Shown here in pieces: positions 1 through 9,012 of a DNA stretch of 24,000 bases. Both the position numbers and the translations under genes were made by a program. Positions within the stretch are counted from its first letter, which is position 1; the number at the start of each line of letters is the position of its first letter. The stretch lies in the NCBI GenBank assembly GCA_963811645.1, contig CAWERU010000003.1:251669-275668 (forward strand), in the 5' to 3' direction. The notes below the pieces were generated by a model. It worked only from the letters and a program-made list of their open reading frames with translations, did no database searches and had not been told where the DNA came from. This DNA is from an uncultured Bacteroidota bacterium. Lineage in GTDB: Bacteria > Bacteroidota > Bacteroidia > Chitinophagales > Chitinophagaceae.

Positions 1-1084
1 TTGAAATCACGTTTGTTGGAATATAAGCTGATACATCACCTGCCTGCGTTTCTATAACCGGTAATGCAGTTAATGAACCACCACCCTTAACTAAATGCTT
101 AATACTTGGTGGTACATCATTCATTTCTTTTGCTACTTTATCATCGCTGATAATCTTTGCCGCTCTTTCAAGTAAACGACTATGTAAATAAAATACATCA
201 CCGGGGTATGCTTCACGACCAGGAGGACGGCGAAGCAACAGTGACACTTCACGATAAGCAACGGCCTGTTTTGAAAGATCATCATAAATGATCAATGCAG
301 GTCTGCCTGTATCACGGAAAAATTCACCAATTGCAGCACCGGCAAATGGAGCATAAAATTGCAATGGAGCAGGCTCGGAAGCAGAAGCCGCAACTATAAT
401 TGTATACGTCATCGCCCCGGCATCCTGTAAAATCCTCATTACGTTTGCAATGTTTGATGCTTTCTGACCTATGCCCACATAAATACAGTAAACAGGTTTA
501 CCTGCTGCAAAAAATTCTCTCTGATTAATGATTGTATCAATAGCAATCGCTGTCTTTCCAGTTTGGCGATCACCAATTATCAGCTCACGTTGTCCACGGC
601 CAATAGGGATCATTGCATCAATAGCTTTGATACCCGTCTGTAATGGCTCCTTTACGGGTTCACGAAATATTACTCCAGGTGCTTTGCGCTCCAGCGGCAT
701 TTCATAACGTTCACCAGTGATGGGACCCCTGCCGTCAATGGGTTCTCCTAATGTGTTTACAACACGCCCCACCATTCCTTCGCCTACTTTAATAGATGCA
801 ATTTGTCCTGTGCGACGAACTTTTGAACCTTCCTGGATCTCTTCTGTTTCTCCCATCAACACAACACCTACATTATCCTCTTCAAGATTTAGTGCAATTG
901 CACGAACTCCATTTTCAAATTCCACTAATTCTCCATAGCGAACATTCCATAAACCATATACACGGGCAATGCCATCACCTATCTGCAAAACGGTGCCTAT
1001 TTCTTCCAATTCGATACCTAAATCAAAACCGCTTAGTTGTTGACGCAGTATCGCACTTATTTCATCTGGTTTTATATCTGCCAT
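1..1084 (-). CDS. atpA: F1 ATP synthase alpha subunit, N-terminal ~361 codons (3' end lies beyond the window start)
   Basis: Absent from the ORF track because it runs off the edge. Reverse-complement translation from ATG (complement of 1082-1084) reads [17 protein letters not shown]...[27 protein letters not shown] (Walker A)...[27 protein letters not shown], open to position 1. It follows atpH as in the canonical atp operon. Confidence 0.95.
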   Translation of the reverse strand, partial: MADIKPDEISAILRQQLSGFDLGIELEEIGTVLQIGDGIARVYGLWNVRYGELVEFENGVRAIALNLEEDNVGVVLMGETEEIQEGSKVRRTGQIASIKVGEGMVGRVVNTLGEPIDGRGPITGERYEMPLERKAPGVIFREPVKEPLQTGIKAIDAMIPIGRGQRELIIGDRQTGKTAIAIDTIINQREFFAAGKPVYCIYVGIGQKASNIANVMRILQDAGAMTYTIIVAASASEPAPLQFYAPFAGAAIGEFFRDTGRPALIIYDDLSKQAVAYREVSLLLRRPPGREAYPGDVFYLHSRLLERAAKIISDDKVAKEMNDVPPSIKHLVKGGGSLTALPVIETQAGDVSAYIPTNVIS

Positions 1085-1089
1085 ATTAA

Positions 1090-1094
1090 CCCCC
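1090..1094 (-). promoter_or_regulatory. Shine-Dalgarno-like GGGGG, 5 nt upstream of the atpA ATG
   Basis: Minus strand reads AATGGGGGttaatATG. It could pair with the anti-SD CCUCC through one G-U wobble. Confidence 0.35.
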
Positions 1095-1119
1095 ATTCCG
1101 CCTTAGACGGAGAGTTTTT

Positions 1120-1145
1120 AAAGATATCCTTTTCAGGATATCTTT
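1120..1145. other. Perfect 11-bp inverted repeat (stem-loop) in the atpH-atpA spacer
   Basis: AAAGATATCCT (1120-1130), loop TTTC, AGGATATCTTT (1135-1145). A T-run follows on the plus strand and an A-run follows on the minus strand. Confidence 0.6.
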
Positions 1146-1207
1146 TATTTTTAAAAAATAAACTAAAGAACTATCCCACCTTGATTCCCTTTTAGGGGAC
1201 AGGGGAT

Positions 1208-1771
1208 TTATCTTATCCTATAAATAAAATCATTATTCTCAAACTCTCTTGAAATTTGTTTTAATTCATGGGCTATGCTTGCATCTATTAATTTATCTCC
1301 AGTTTCTAATACAAATCCGCCAATCAGATCTTTATTCACCACAGTTTCTAATTCTATATTCTGCATCTCGCTCGTTTTTTTGATCTGTTCAATGATGGCA
1401 TTTTTCAAATCATTACTCAATGGAAAAGCTGTAGCAAATTTTACCGTATAAATATTCTTGTATTCTTTGTATTGATTAATAAATGCTGTTATGATCTCGG
1501 GCAAATTGCTTTCTCTTCCTTTAGCAATCAGCAAATGAGTAAATAAAGCCGTTATATCAATTACATTACCTTTAATAATTGCTTCAATTACTTGTTGTTT
1601 TTTCTCAGGCTTAATAATAGGACTTTTAAGAAGGTTCGCAAAATCACGACTTTGTTTATACACCTGCTGTAACCATCGCATGTCAGCAAATACTTTTTCC
1701 AACTCACCTTTTTCAATAGAAAAGTCAATCAGGGATTTTGCGTATCTCGTTGCAAGACGGGGATTGGGCAT
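1208..1771 (-). CDS. atpH: F1 ATP synthase delta (OSCP) subunit
   Basis: 187 aa, located between the b and alpha subunit genes. N-terminus ...ATRYAKSLIDF... is typical of the delta/OSCP family. Confidence 0.85.
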   Translation of the reverse strand: MPNPRLATRYAKSLIDFSIEKGELEKVFADMRWLQQVYKQSRDFANLLKSPIIKPEKKQQVIEAIIKGNVIDITALFTHLLIAKGRESNLPEIITAFINQYKEYKNIYTVKFATAFPLSNDLKNAIIEQIKKTSEMQNIELETVVNKDLIGGFVLETGDKLIDASIAHELKQISREFENNDFIYRIR

Positions 1772-1778
1772 TTATTAT

Positions 1779-1783
1779 CTCCT
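1779..1783 (-). promoter_or_regulatory. Shine-Dalgarno-like AGGAG, 7 nt upstream of the atpH ATG
   Basis: Minus strand reads TAG(atpF stop)tttaaagttGAAGGAGAtaataaATG. Confidence 0.5.
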
Positions 1784-1794
1784 TCAACTTTAAA

Positions 1795-2289
1795 CTAGTT
1801 CAATTTTATTTCATCAACCAACTCTTTAATATGTGTTTCCTGCGCCTCTCTATCACTTAATTCTCTCCGCAATATTTTTTCTGTTACTTCAATTACCAGT
1901 TTACCTACCTCGTTTTTTACTTCGGTTAATGCAGCCATTTTTTGTGCGTTGATAGCAGCTTGTGCTTCAGTAATTATTTTATTTGCTTCGACTTTTGACT
2001 GTTCCTTAGCTTCATTGACAATTTTATCTTTTGTTTCTCTCGCCTCTTTCAGCATTTGTGCTCTTTCTTCTCTTGCTTTTGCAAGTAAGGCTTCATGCTC
2101 GCTTTTCATGTGAGCCATTTCTGATTTAATTTTTTCAGCAGTGGCTAATGAATCTGCGATCGTCTGTTCACGTTTGCGCAAACCGCCAAGAATTGATGGC
2201 CATGCATACTTTTTGAGAATATAAAAAACAACAAGGAACGAAAGCAACGTCCATATTATCAAACCCAAACCAGGTGTAAGTAACTGCAT
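1795..2289 (-). CDS. atpF: Fo ATP synthase b subunit
   Basis: 164 aa with a single N-terminal TM helix (GLGLIIWTLLSFLVVFYIL) followed by a long A/E/K-rich helix. Sits between the c and delta subunit genes. Confidence 0.85.
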   Translation of the reverse strand: MQLLTPGLGLIIWTLLSFLVVFYILKKYAWPSILGGLRKREQTIADSLATAEKIKSEMAHMKSEHEALLAKAREERAQMLKEARETKDKIVNEAKEQSKVEANKIITEAQAAINAQKMAALTEVKNEVGKLVIEVTEKILRRELSDREAQETHIKELVDEIKLN

Positions 2290-2294
2290 ACAAC

Positions 2295-2299
2295 CCTCC
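2295..2299 (-). promoter_or_regulatory. Shine-Dalgarno-like GGAGG, 5 nt upstream of the atpF ATG
   Basis: Minus strand reads ...TTCCCtttaGGGAActGGAGGgttgtATG. A 5-bp hairpin (2302-2315) lies immediately upstream. Confidence 0.5.
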
Positions 2300-2476
2300 A
2301 GTTCCCTAAAGGGAAAGTTTAAAAAAATAACTAATAAAAAAGTTGATCAATAGAACTATTACCAGCTGAAGTGAGTGCCCGTTCGCCTTGCTCAGGAAAG
2401 GCCCCACAAAAGCTCAATAAAAATTCTATTGTTTCAAAAAATAATTCTTTAAAGAACTAATAATTCACGTAAGGTG

Positions 2477-2507
2477 ATAAAACAGCAACCCCGTTTTATA
2501 GGGGTGC
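2477..2507 (-). terminator. Intrinsic-terminator-like or attenuator hairpin 12 nt after the atpE stop
   Basis: Minus-strand RNA reads GCACCCC-UAUAAAAC-GGGGUUGC, a 7-bp stem with a one-nt bulge, followed by UGUUUUAU. Confidence 0.4.
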
Positions 2508-2519
2508 AGTAACTCACTC

Positions 2520-2792
<273 letters not shown>

Positions 2793-3941
2793 TTATACGA
2801 TTAATGCATCTTCATGATGATCTATATCATCATGACTTCCTTCAAATGCCTGGCCCACAAAAACAGCTGTTAGGGTAGTAAAAATATATGCCTGCAAAAA
2901 AGCAACTAATATTTCAATAAAATAAATGAAAATAACAAATCCAACAGATAAAGGTGAAAAGCTCCAGCCTGCTGCTGTATTAAGTGCACCAAAAATAAAA
3001 ATCAATGAAATAAGACAGATAATGATGATATGTCCGGCAATCATATTCGCAAACAAACGTATCATTAAAGCAAAAGGCTTTGTGAATATGCCTAAAAATT
3101 CTACGAGTACCAGGATGGGTTTGATAGCGCCGGGAACGGGTGGGTTAAAAATATGTCCCCAATAATGTTTATTGGAACTGAACAATATAACAATAAAGGA
3201 TATGACTGCCAGTATCATAGTAAAGGCAATGTTACCTGTAACATTTGCAGTACCGGGTATTAGACCCACCAGGCTATTGATCAAAATAAAAAAGAATACT
3301 GTGAGTAAATAAGGCAAATATTTTTGATACTTATGCCCCAGGTTTGGTTTCGCTACATCATCCTGGATAAATGTAATAACCGGTTCCATTAAACTCTGTG
3401 TTCCCTTTGGAGCAGAAGCAACTCCTTCACCCCTTTTGTATCTTTTTGCAATACTCAGCATAATCCAAACTAACAGAGCTAAAGCAATGATCATTTGCAC
3501 CACATTGCGTGTAAGAGAGAGATCAATCACTTTTACGGCATCATCAATTTTACCTGCTTCATTTACTGCAACTATTTGTCCCGCATGATATTTTTTAGGA
3601 TCCAATTCCTTCATTTTTTCTTCTGTGATCAATGAATAACCTTTATAATTCTCTTTACCCCCATAAAATTCCGAAGACATGAAAAAAGAAAATCTTTTTT
3701 GAGGCGAGTACAAAATTACAGGCAACGGGATGATGGCAGCATGCTCTTTCCCATCACCACCTTTATATGAAAAAAAATGAAATTCATGAGCATCCAGAAC
3801 GTGACCAAAAATTACCTCGTTGGCATCAAAGGAGCTCTTTTTAGTTTTAGCCTCAGTACCGGGTTGATCCTGTCCAAAAATAAAGCAGGAAAATAAGCTG
3901 AAAACCGCTACCAACAAGCATTTGACACGTCCTGACACCAT
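2793..3941 (-). CDS. atpB: Fo ATP synthase a subunit, long form with an N-terminal extension
   Basis: 382 aa. The C-terminal half carries the essential-Arg motif MIRLFANMIAGH and multiple TM helices. First gene of the operon. Confidence 0.9.
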   Translation of the reverse strand: MVSGRVKCLLVAVFSLFSCFIFGQDQPGTEAKTKKSSFDANEVIFGHVLDAHEFHFFSYKGGDGKEHAAIIPLPVILYSPQKRFSFFMSSEFYGGKENYKGYSLITEEKMKELDPKKYHAGQIVAVNEAGKIDDAVKVIDLSLTRNVVQMIIALALLVWIMLSIAKRYKRGEGVASAPKGTQSLMEPVITFIQDDVAKPNLGHKYQKYLPYLLTVFFFILINSLVGLIPGTANVTGNIAFTMILAVISFIVILFSSNKHYWGHIFNPPVPGAIKPILVLVEFLGIFTKPFALMIRLFANMIAGHIIIICLISLIFIFGALNTAAGWSFSPLSVGFVIFIYFIEILVAFLQAYIFTTLTAVFVGQAFEGSHDDIDHHEDALIV

Positions 3942-3960
3942 AGGTTTCTGAAATTTGCCG

Positions 3961-3968
3961 CAAAGATA
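3961..3968 (-). promoter_or_regulatory. Candidate Bacteroidota -7 box TAtcTTTG for the atp operon
   Basis: Minus strand TATCTTTG lies 19 nt upstream of the atpB ATG. A TTTG (complement of 3991-3994) lies 22 nt further upstream, slightly longer than the usual spacer. Confidence 0.3.
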
Positions 3969-4024
3969 GGGAGCGGGGAGTGAAAAACATCAAAAGATGA
4001 AAGGAAAAGTTATTAGTTCCGGAC

Positions 4025-5875
4025 CTATGCAACTTTTGTTTTTTTATCGAATTGAAGCTGGTACAATTTATAATAATAACCGCCCAGGGAAAGCAATTCT
4101 TCATGGGTGCCCATTTCCTTTATTTCGCCCTTATCGAGAACAATTATTTTATCAGCCTTCCGGATAGTTGAAAGCCTGTGAGCAATAACAATAGAAGTTC
4201 TTCCGGCAATTAATTTATCAATTGCTTTCTGAATTAAGATCTCGCTTTCTGTATCTACTGATGAAGTAGCTTCATCCAGGATAAGAATAGAAGGATTGTA
4301 TAACAGTGCTCTTATAAATGAAAGCAGTTGCCGCTGACCCAGGGAAAGAGTAGCTCCTCTTTCCATCACATTATAATCGTAGTCACCGGGAAGTTGCATA
4401 ATAAAATCATGCATGTCAATTAGTTTTGCTGCTTCAATTACTTTTTCTTTTGAAATACCAGGATTGCGAAGCGTAATATTATCCATTACAGATCCTGAAA
4501 AAAGAAATACATCCTGCAAAACCACGCCAATACTTTTTCTTAAAGCACTTAAATTATAATCATCAATATTTACATTATCAATGCTGATAATGCCTTTCTG
4601 AATATGATACAAACGATTCAATAAACTAATAATAGTTGTTTTTCCACTACCGGTATGACCAACAATAGCAATCGTTTCACCCGCATTTACTTTGAAAGAA
4701 ACATCTTTTAATACATACTGATCGGGATTATATCCGAATGATACATGATCAAAAATTATTTTACCCTGTATTTTTTCAGGAGAATAACTTCCCTGTGTTT
4801 TGATATAATCTTCATTATCCAATACCTTAAATACTCTTTCACTGGCAATTACTCCCATCTGGAGCACATTAAACTTATCGGCTATTACACGAAGAGGACG
4901 AAAAAGTAAATTCAGGCACATATAAAACATCATCATTTTTCCGCCAAGTTCTCTTGCTTCTGCAGCAGATGCACCGGCACTAACTGCAATCCACCAAACC
5001 AATAAACCGGTTGAAAGTGCGAGAACAATTTCAACTACAGGGAAAAAAACAGAATAGGCAAAAATGGCATTGATATTTGCATTACGATGACTTTGGTTGA
5101 TCTTTTTAAATTTTTCAAATTCCTTGTCTTCAGCAGCAAATGCCTGTACAACCTGCATACCTGTTATATGTTCCTGTACAAATGCATTCAGCTGAGCCAC
5201 TGCATTACGAACTTTAATAAAAGACTTGTTTACACTTTCTTTAAAATAATATGTAGCAACAATCAATAAAGGAAAGGGTGCAAGGCATACTAATGTCAAT
5301 CTCCAATCCACATAAAACATGAATGATAAAATAGAAATAATGGAAAGAAGGTCAGCGATAATGGGCACAAGACCATCAGAAAAAATATCATTGATAGCCT
5401 CAATATCATTAATGGTTCTGGTAGTAAGAGTGCCGATAGGAGTTTGATCAAACTGGCGAAGATTAAGGTTCACCACTTTTTCATACACTTTTATTCTCAT
5501 ATCCCGAACCACCGTTTGTCCAAGCCATGCGGTGATGTAGGTAAAATAAAAACGAAAAGCACTTTCAATAAGCAAAATACCGATTTGTATTACGGTCATC
5601 CAGATTATCCAGTCGAGCATTTTGCTGGCAATAAATTTATCAACAGTAATTTTTATAAGATAAGGGCGAACCGGAGTAATGATTGCAAGAAAAACTGCGA
5701 GACCTATTGATAAATAAAATCTTTTCTTATAAGGTGCGGCAAAATGAAAAACCCTTTTAAGATTTTCAAAATCAAATATTCTCTTTAATGCACTGTTAGC
5801 CAAAACTACCGGTTGTGGATTTATGATTAGAAACTGCAAATTTAATGAAACGATTAAGAGGAAAAGAACCTGCAA
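4025..5875 (-). CDS. ABC exporter, fused permease plus ATPase (MsbA/multidrug-type half transporter)
   Basis: N-terminal six-TM domain followed by an NBD with Walker A GHTGSGKTT, signature LSLGQRQ, Walker B ILILDEATS and H-loop IAHRLST. The start is uncertain: the track start at 5875 is TTG, there is no early in-frame ATG, and an in-frame TTG near 5800 (LANSALKRIF...) is an alternative. Confidence 0.9.
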   Translation of the reverse strand: MQVLFLLIVSLNLQFLIINPQPVVLANSALKRIFDFENLKRVFHFAAPYKKRFYLSIGLAVFLAIITPVRPYLIKITVDKFIASKMLDWIIWMTVIQIGILLIESAFRFYFTYITAWLGQTVVRDMRIKVYEKVVNLNLRQFDQTPIGTLTTRTINDIEAINDIFSDGLVPIIADLLSIISILSFMFYVDWRLTLVCLAPFPLLIVATYYFKESVNKSFIKVRNAVAQLNAFVQEHITGMQVVQAFAAEDKEFEKFKKINQSHRNANINAIFAYSVFFPVVEIVLALSTGLLVWWIAVSAGASAAEARELGGKMMMFYMCLNLLFRPLRVIADKFNVLQMGVIASERVFKVLDNEDYIKTQGSYSPEKIQGKIIFDHVSFGYNPDQYVLKDVSFKVNAGETIAIVGHTGSGKTTIISLLNRLYHIQKGIISIDNVNIDDYNLSALRKSIGVVLQDVFLFSGSVMDNITLRNPGISKEKVIEAAKLIDMHDFIMQLPGDYDYNVMERGATLSLGQRQLLSFIRALLYNPSILILDEATSSVDTESEILIQKAIDKLIAGRTSIVIAHRLSTIRKADKIIVLDKGEIKEMGTHEELLSLGGYYYKLYQLQFDKKTKVA

Positions 5876-8095
5876 TTACTCTTCATTGCCCATCGCTTTT
5901 TTATAAGCCTTTATGAAAATAGCTCCAAGGTTTTTATATGGAGGAATATAATCCTCAAAGCCTTCCACTTTTACTCTTTTCTCCAATTCTTCCCAGAAAG
6001 GGATCCAGTCAATATCGTTTCCATTTCTTACTTTTTCCATTAACAAATTAAAGAAAGGTTGGTTTACTGCTGTTTTACCAATTTGTTTGGAAGTAATAAT
6101 ATGTGCATCGGGCGAATGTTCAAGGATATCATTAATTAAATAATAACCACCGCATGAGCCCATAAAAACAATTTTGGCAGATGGTAAAATCTGGTCAATG
6201 GTGTAAGGAGCATTATAACTATGTCCACGATGTATAACAACAGTTGGATATAAATTATTTCTCAATAAAAATGTATCCAGTGCATCCTGGGCCTTTTTGT
6301 CCTGGTCATCTTCTTCCGGCAAAGGAAGGTTTGCATAAATAGAAACCGGTTTGCCTTTTATAGAATTGATCGTGATCCAGTATTGTGAAGTAGTGATCCT
6401 CCATAGTTTTGGATCAAACATTCTTTTGAATCCCTGGAAAATTCCAATGCCATCTTTATCCCCATAAAAAAATACCTGCATTATCACCCTTCCTGTATCA
6501 TTTGCCAGAGCTTTAAAAGGAACTTCATATACAGGCGGTATTCCAAATTCTTTTGAAAGATTGATATGATTGCCTGTATCTGCTGAAAGAAAAAGTTTAT
6601 ACAGCAAATCATACATTACTATTCCCCGTTTATTATTGCTTATAAGATTACGTTGATAATTATTTTTTACGTTCAAAAGCATTCTGTCAGCAAGCGGCTT
6701 AATGGTCTCCACAATACTTGCATATGAATCGGCCACATCCACTCCGTCTTCAAGACCGCCTGATTCTTCCAGCTTACCCACAAAAGCTCTCATTAATTTT
6801 TCTGCATCCGATTCTCCACCCGGATTTTTAGCTGGTTGAAACGTGCTCAGAAAATCACTCAATGTGTTATACCCTGCACACATTTTAATAAACTTCCTGT
6901 ATTTATCAAATTTTACATTCATCAACAGGGAATCTCCATGATGATTGGCTCTCTCCATCATCAATGGGTACACTCCCTTTACGAAACTGGAAGTATAAAT
7001 AATGCCATCTGTGGTTACAGCCAGGTAATACAACTCTTCCGCTGTCAGGGGTTGAATGATCTTAAATCTTTTGGAAAGATCATCCAGTTCATGAAGTGAA
7101 TTAATGGTGTTGACAAATATATCAGTCGCCTTTCTTTTGATCCTGTCTTCAAGATCCCTGTACCCATAAGCCGTGTCTTTGTTGAGTGCTCTTTGTACAT
7201 AATCAAGGTGTGTTCTTACAAGCAACCGAAAATATCCCACACTATCATCTTTTACCGCATCTACATCACCAATGGTCATCTTCCCTTTCATGACCTCATC
7301 CAAAAAAGGAAAATACCAGCGGCCACTATTGCTCATGGCCATCTTTGATACAGCATTCACCAAAGGATCATTAATCTTACGGATAGCATAAGCAAGTTTA
7401 TTATTAGCGGCCGCAAAATCATATAATTGTCCCGGATCACGGTATCCGGCCACTATAATTAAACTGTCGAGGAAGGGGATATCTATATTATCTCTCAGTT
7501 TTAAAAAAATCCGGTCGGGGTATAGAGTACAATATTTTTTTAATAAAATATACTGGCAATTTTGGTACCCTTTATTCCGGTCAAAAATACCTGCATTTAT
7601 AAGATTCAATCCTACTTCATAAGGTTCATTATAAATGATATTATCAATTGATGCATTCATCATATCAGCTTGCATGCACTTTTCATATTCATCTATAATC
7701 TCCGGGAACAGTGTAGGGTTTATTGTGCCTCTCCGCCAGTTGTTATTAAAATATTTTAAAACATTCTCAAGCCCTCGTAAATACTTTACTTTACCCTGGG
7801 AACTTAATGTTGTATCCTTTTCAATCCGGTACTGAACCCAGTCAACATCCAGGGTAGCAGCACGGGTCAGGAAAAAATTGATTTGTTCATTATCCGATGG
7901 GCTGAATTGATTATCATTCTTACCATCAGATCTCAAAATCTCTTTTTGTTGTTTATCTACAAAATCATGAAACAGTTCACGGTTCTTGGGGGGCTTCAGG
8001 TCTCTCAACGGGTCGGGGTCCCTGGCCTGGGCAAGCAAGGGTTGAAATGAAAGCAGGCAATTAAGAACAACAAGATATCTGGAAATTGAAATCAT
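5876..8095 (-). CDS. Secreted 739-aa protein of unknown function with a C-terminal caspase/CHAT-like His...Cys module
   Basis: Long uninterrupted ORF with an ATG start and signal peptide MISISRYLVVLNCLLSFQPLLAQA. Its stop codon directly abuts the ABC exporter ORF. I recognise no family for the first ~600 aa. Confidence 0.7.
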   Translation of the reverse strand: MISISRYLVVLNCLLSFQPLLAQARDPDPLRDLKPPKNRELFHDFVDKQQKEILRSDGKNDNQFSPSDNEQINFFLTRAATLDVDWVQYRIEKDTTLSSQGKVKYLRGLENVLKYFNNNWRRGTINPTLFPEIIDEYEKCMQADMMNASIDNIIYNEPYEVGLNLINAGIFDRNKGYQNCQYILLKKYCTLYPDRIFLKLRDNIDIPFLDSLIIVAGYRDPGQLYDFAAANNKLAYAIRKINDPLVNAVSKMAMSNSGRWYFPFLDEVMKGKMTIGDVDAVKDDSVGYFRLLVRTHLDYVQRALNKDTAYGYRDLEDRIKRKATDIFVNTINSLHELDDLSKRFKIIQPLTAEELYYLAVTTDGIIYTSSFVKGVYPLMMERANHHGDSLLMNVKFDKYRKFIKMCAGYNTLSDFLSTFQPAKNPGGESDAEKLMRAFVGKLEESGGLEDGVDVADSYASIVETIKPLADRMLLNVKNNYQRNLISNNKRGIVMYDLLYKLFLSADTGNHINLSKEFGIPPVYEVPFKALANDTGRVIMQVFFYGDKDGIGIFQGFKRMFDPKLWRITTSQYWITINSIKGKPVSIYANLPLPEEDDQDKKAQDALDTFLLRNNLYPTVVIHRGHSYNAPYTIDQILPSAKIVFMGSCGGYYLINDILEHSPDAHIITSKQIGKTAVNQPFFNLLMEKVRNGNDIDWIPFWEELEKRVKVEGFEDYIPPYKNLGAIFIKAYKKAMGNEE

Positions 8096-8108
8096 AAGGA
8101 TCGTTTGA

Positions 8109-8116
8109 CAAATTTA
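8109..8116 (-). promoter_or_regulatory. Candidate -7 box TAaaTTTG for the 739-aa gene
   Basis: Minus strand TAAATTTG lies 13 nt upstream of the ATG at 8095. An upstream TTTG (complement of 8140-8143) follows a 23-nt spacer. Confidence 0.3.
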
Positions 8117-8297
8117 CTATCCCATCTCTGAATTACATACAAACCAATTTATTAAAGCAAAAAGACGGTTCTGTTGAAAGAATTGCTGGTTGTATAATGT
8201 TAAATTCTATTACGACCAAAAAATGTTTCCGTATTAATTTTTTATTAAGTCTATGTTATGCGATATAAGGCAATTTTCTTTAGAAATAATCTTCATG

Positions 8298-8305
8298 TAG
8301 GTTTG
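8298..8305 (+). promoter_or_regulatory. Candidate -7 box TAggTTTG for the response regulator
   Basis: TAGGTTTG lies 15 nt upstream of the ATG at 8321. I see no clear -33 TTTG. Confidence 0.3.
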
Positions 8306-8320
8306 CGCAAACAAAAAACA

Positions 8321-8998
8321 ATGGAAGCTAAGGCAAGAAAAGTTTTAATTGCCGATGATGAACCTGATATTCTGGAAATACTGAAATACAATCTAGTTAA
8401 CGAAGGTTACCAGGTAATAACTGCGAAAGATGGAGATGAAGCCATCGAAAAAGCAAAAATTTTTCAACCGGATCTTGTAGTGCTTGACATTATGATGCCA
8501 AAGAAAAGTGGGGTGCAGGTCTGTGAAATATTAAGAACTCAGTCCTCATTCCGAAATACATTAATTATTTTTTTAACTGCTTTAAATGATGAAATAACCC
8601 AGATAAGAGGGCTGGAAACAGGAGCGGATGATTATATAAGCAAACCCATCAGCCCTAAAGTTTTTATAAGCCGGGTAAATGCTCTTTTCAGAAGAGTCCC
8701 CAAAAAAGAAAATAAAACCTTACAGATAGACGGGCTCATCATTGATCCTGAAAAATTTGTGGTACAGCTTGAAGGAAAGGAAATTCTCCTTGCCAAAAAG
8801 GAATTTGAATTACTTCATTTGCTTGCTTCCCGGCCCGGACGGGTTTTTTTACGCAATGAAATTTTGAGCCAGGTGTGGGGCAATGATGTTATTGTAGGAG
8901 ATCGTACCATTGATGTACACATCCGAAAGATCCGTCAAAAATTGGGTGTAGACTGTATTACAACCGTAAAAGGAGTCGGCTATAAATTCGAATTATAG
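8321..8998 (+). CDS. OmpR/PhoB-family response regulator
   Basis: Receiver domain (KVLIADDEPDILE...VVLDIMMPKKSG...) followed by a winged-helix C-terminus (...TIDVHIRKIRQKL...VKGVGYKF). I prefer the ATG at 8321 over the track start at 8258. Confidence 0.9.
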   Translation: MEAKARKVLIADDEPDILEILKYNLVNEGYQVITAKDGDEAIEKAKIFQPDLVVLDIMMPKKSGVQVCEILRTQSSFRNTLIIFLTALNDEITQIRGLETGADDYISKPISPKVFISRVNALFRRVPKKENKTLQIDGLIIDPEKFVVQLEGKEILLAKKEFELLHLLASRPGRVFLRNEILSQVWGNDVIVGDRTIDVHIRKIRQKLGVDCITTVKGVGYKFEL

Positions 8999-9012
8999 AT
9001 TGCTTGTCTTCC

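Noticed and set aside
717-1089. ORFs 717-938 and 796-1089 on the plus strand
   Set aside because: Both lie entirely antisense to the clearly conserved atpA coding frame. Their low-complexity translations match no recognisable motif.
3853-4104. 83-aa minus-strand ORF spanning the ABC-exporter/atpB junction (possible atpI/atpZ?)
   Set aside because: It overlaps the 3' end of the ABC gene and the 5' end of atpB in other frames. It has none of the two-TM hydrophobic character of AtpI/AtpZ.
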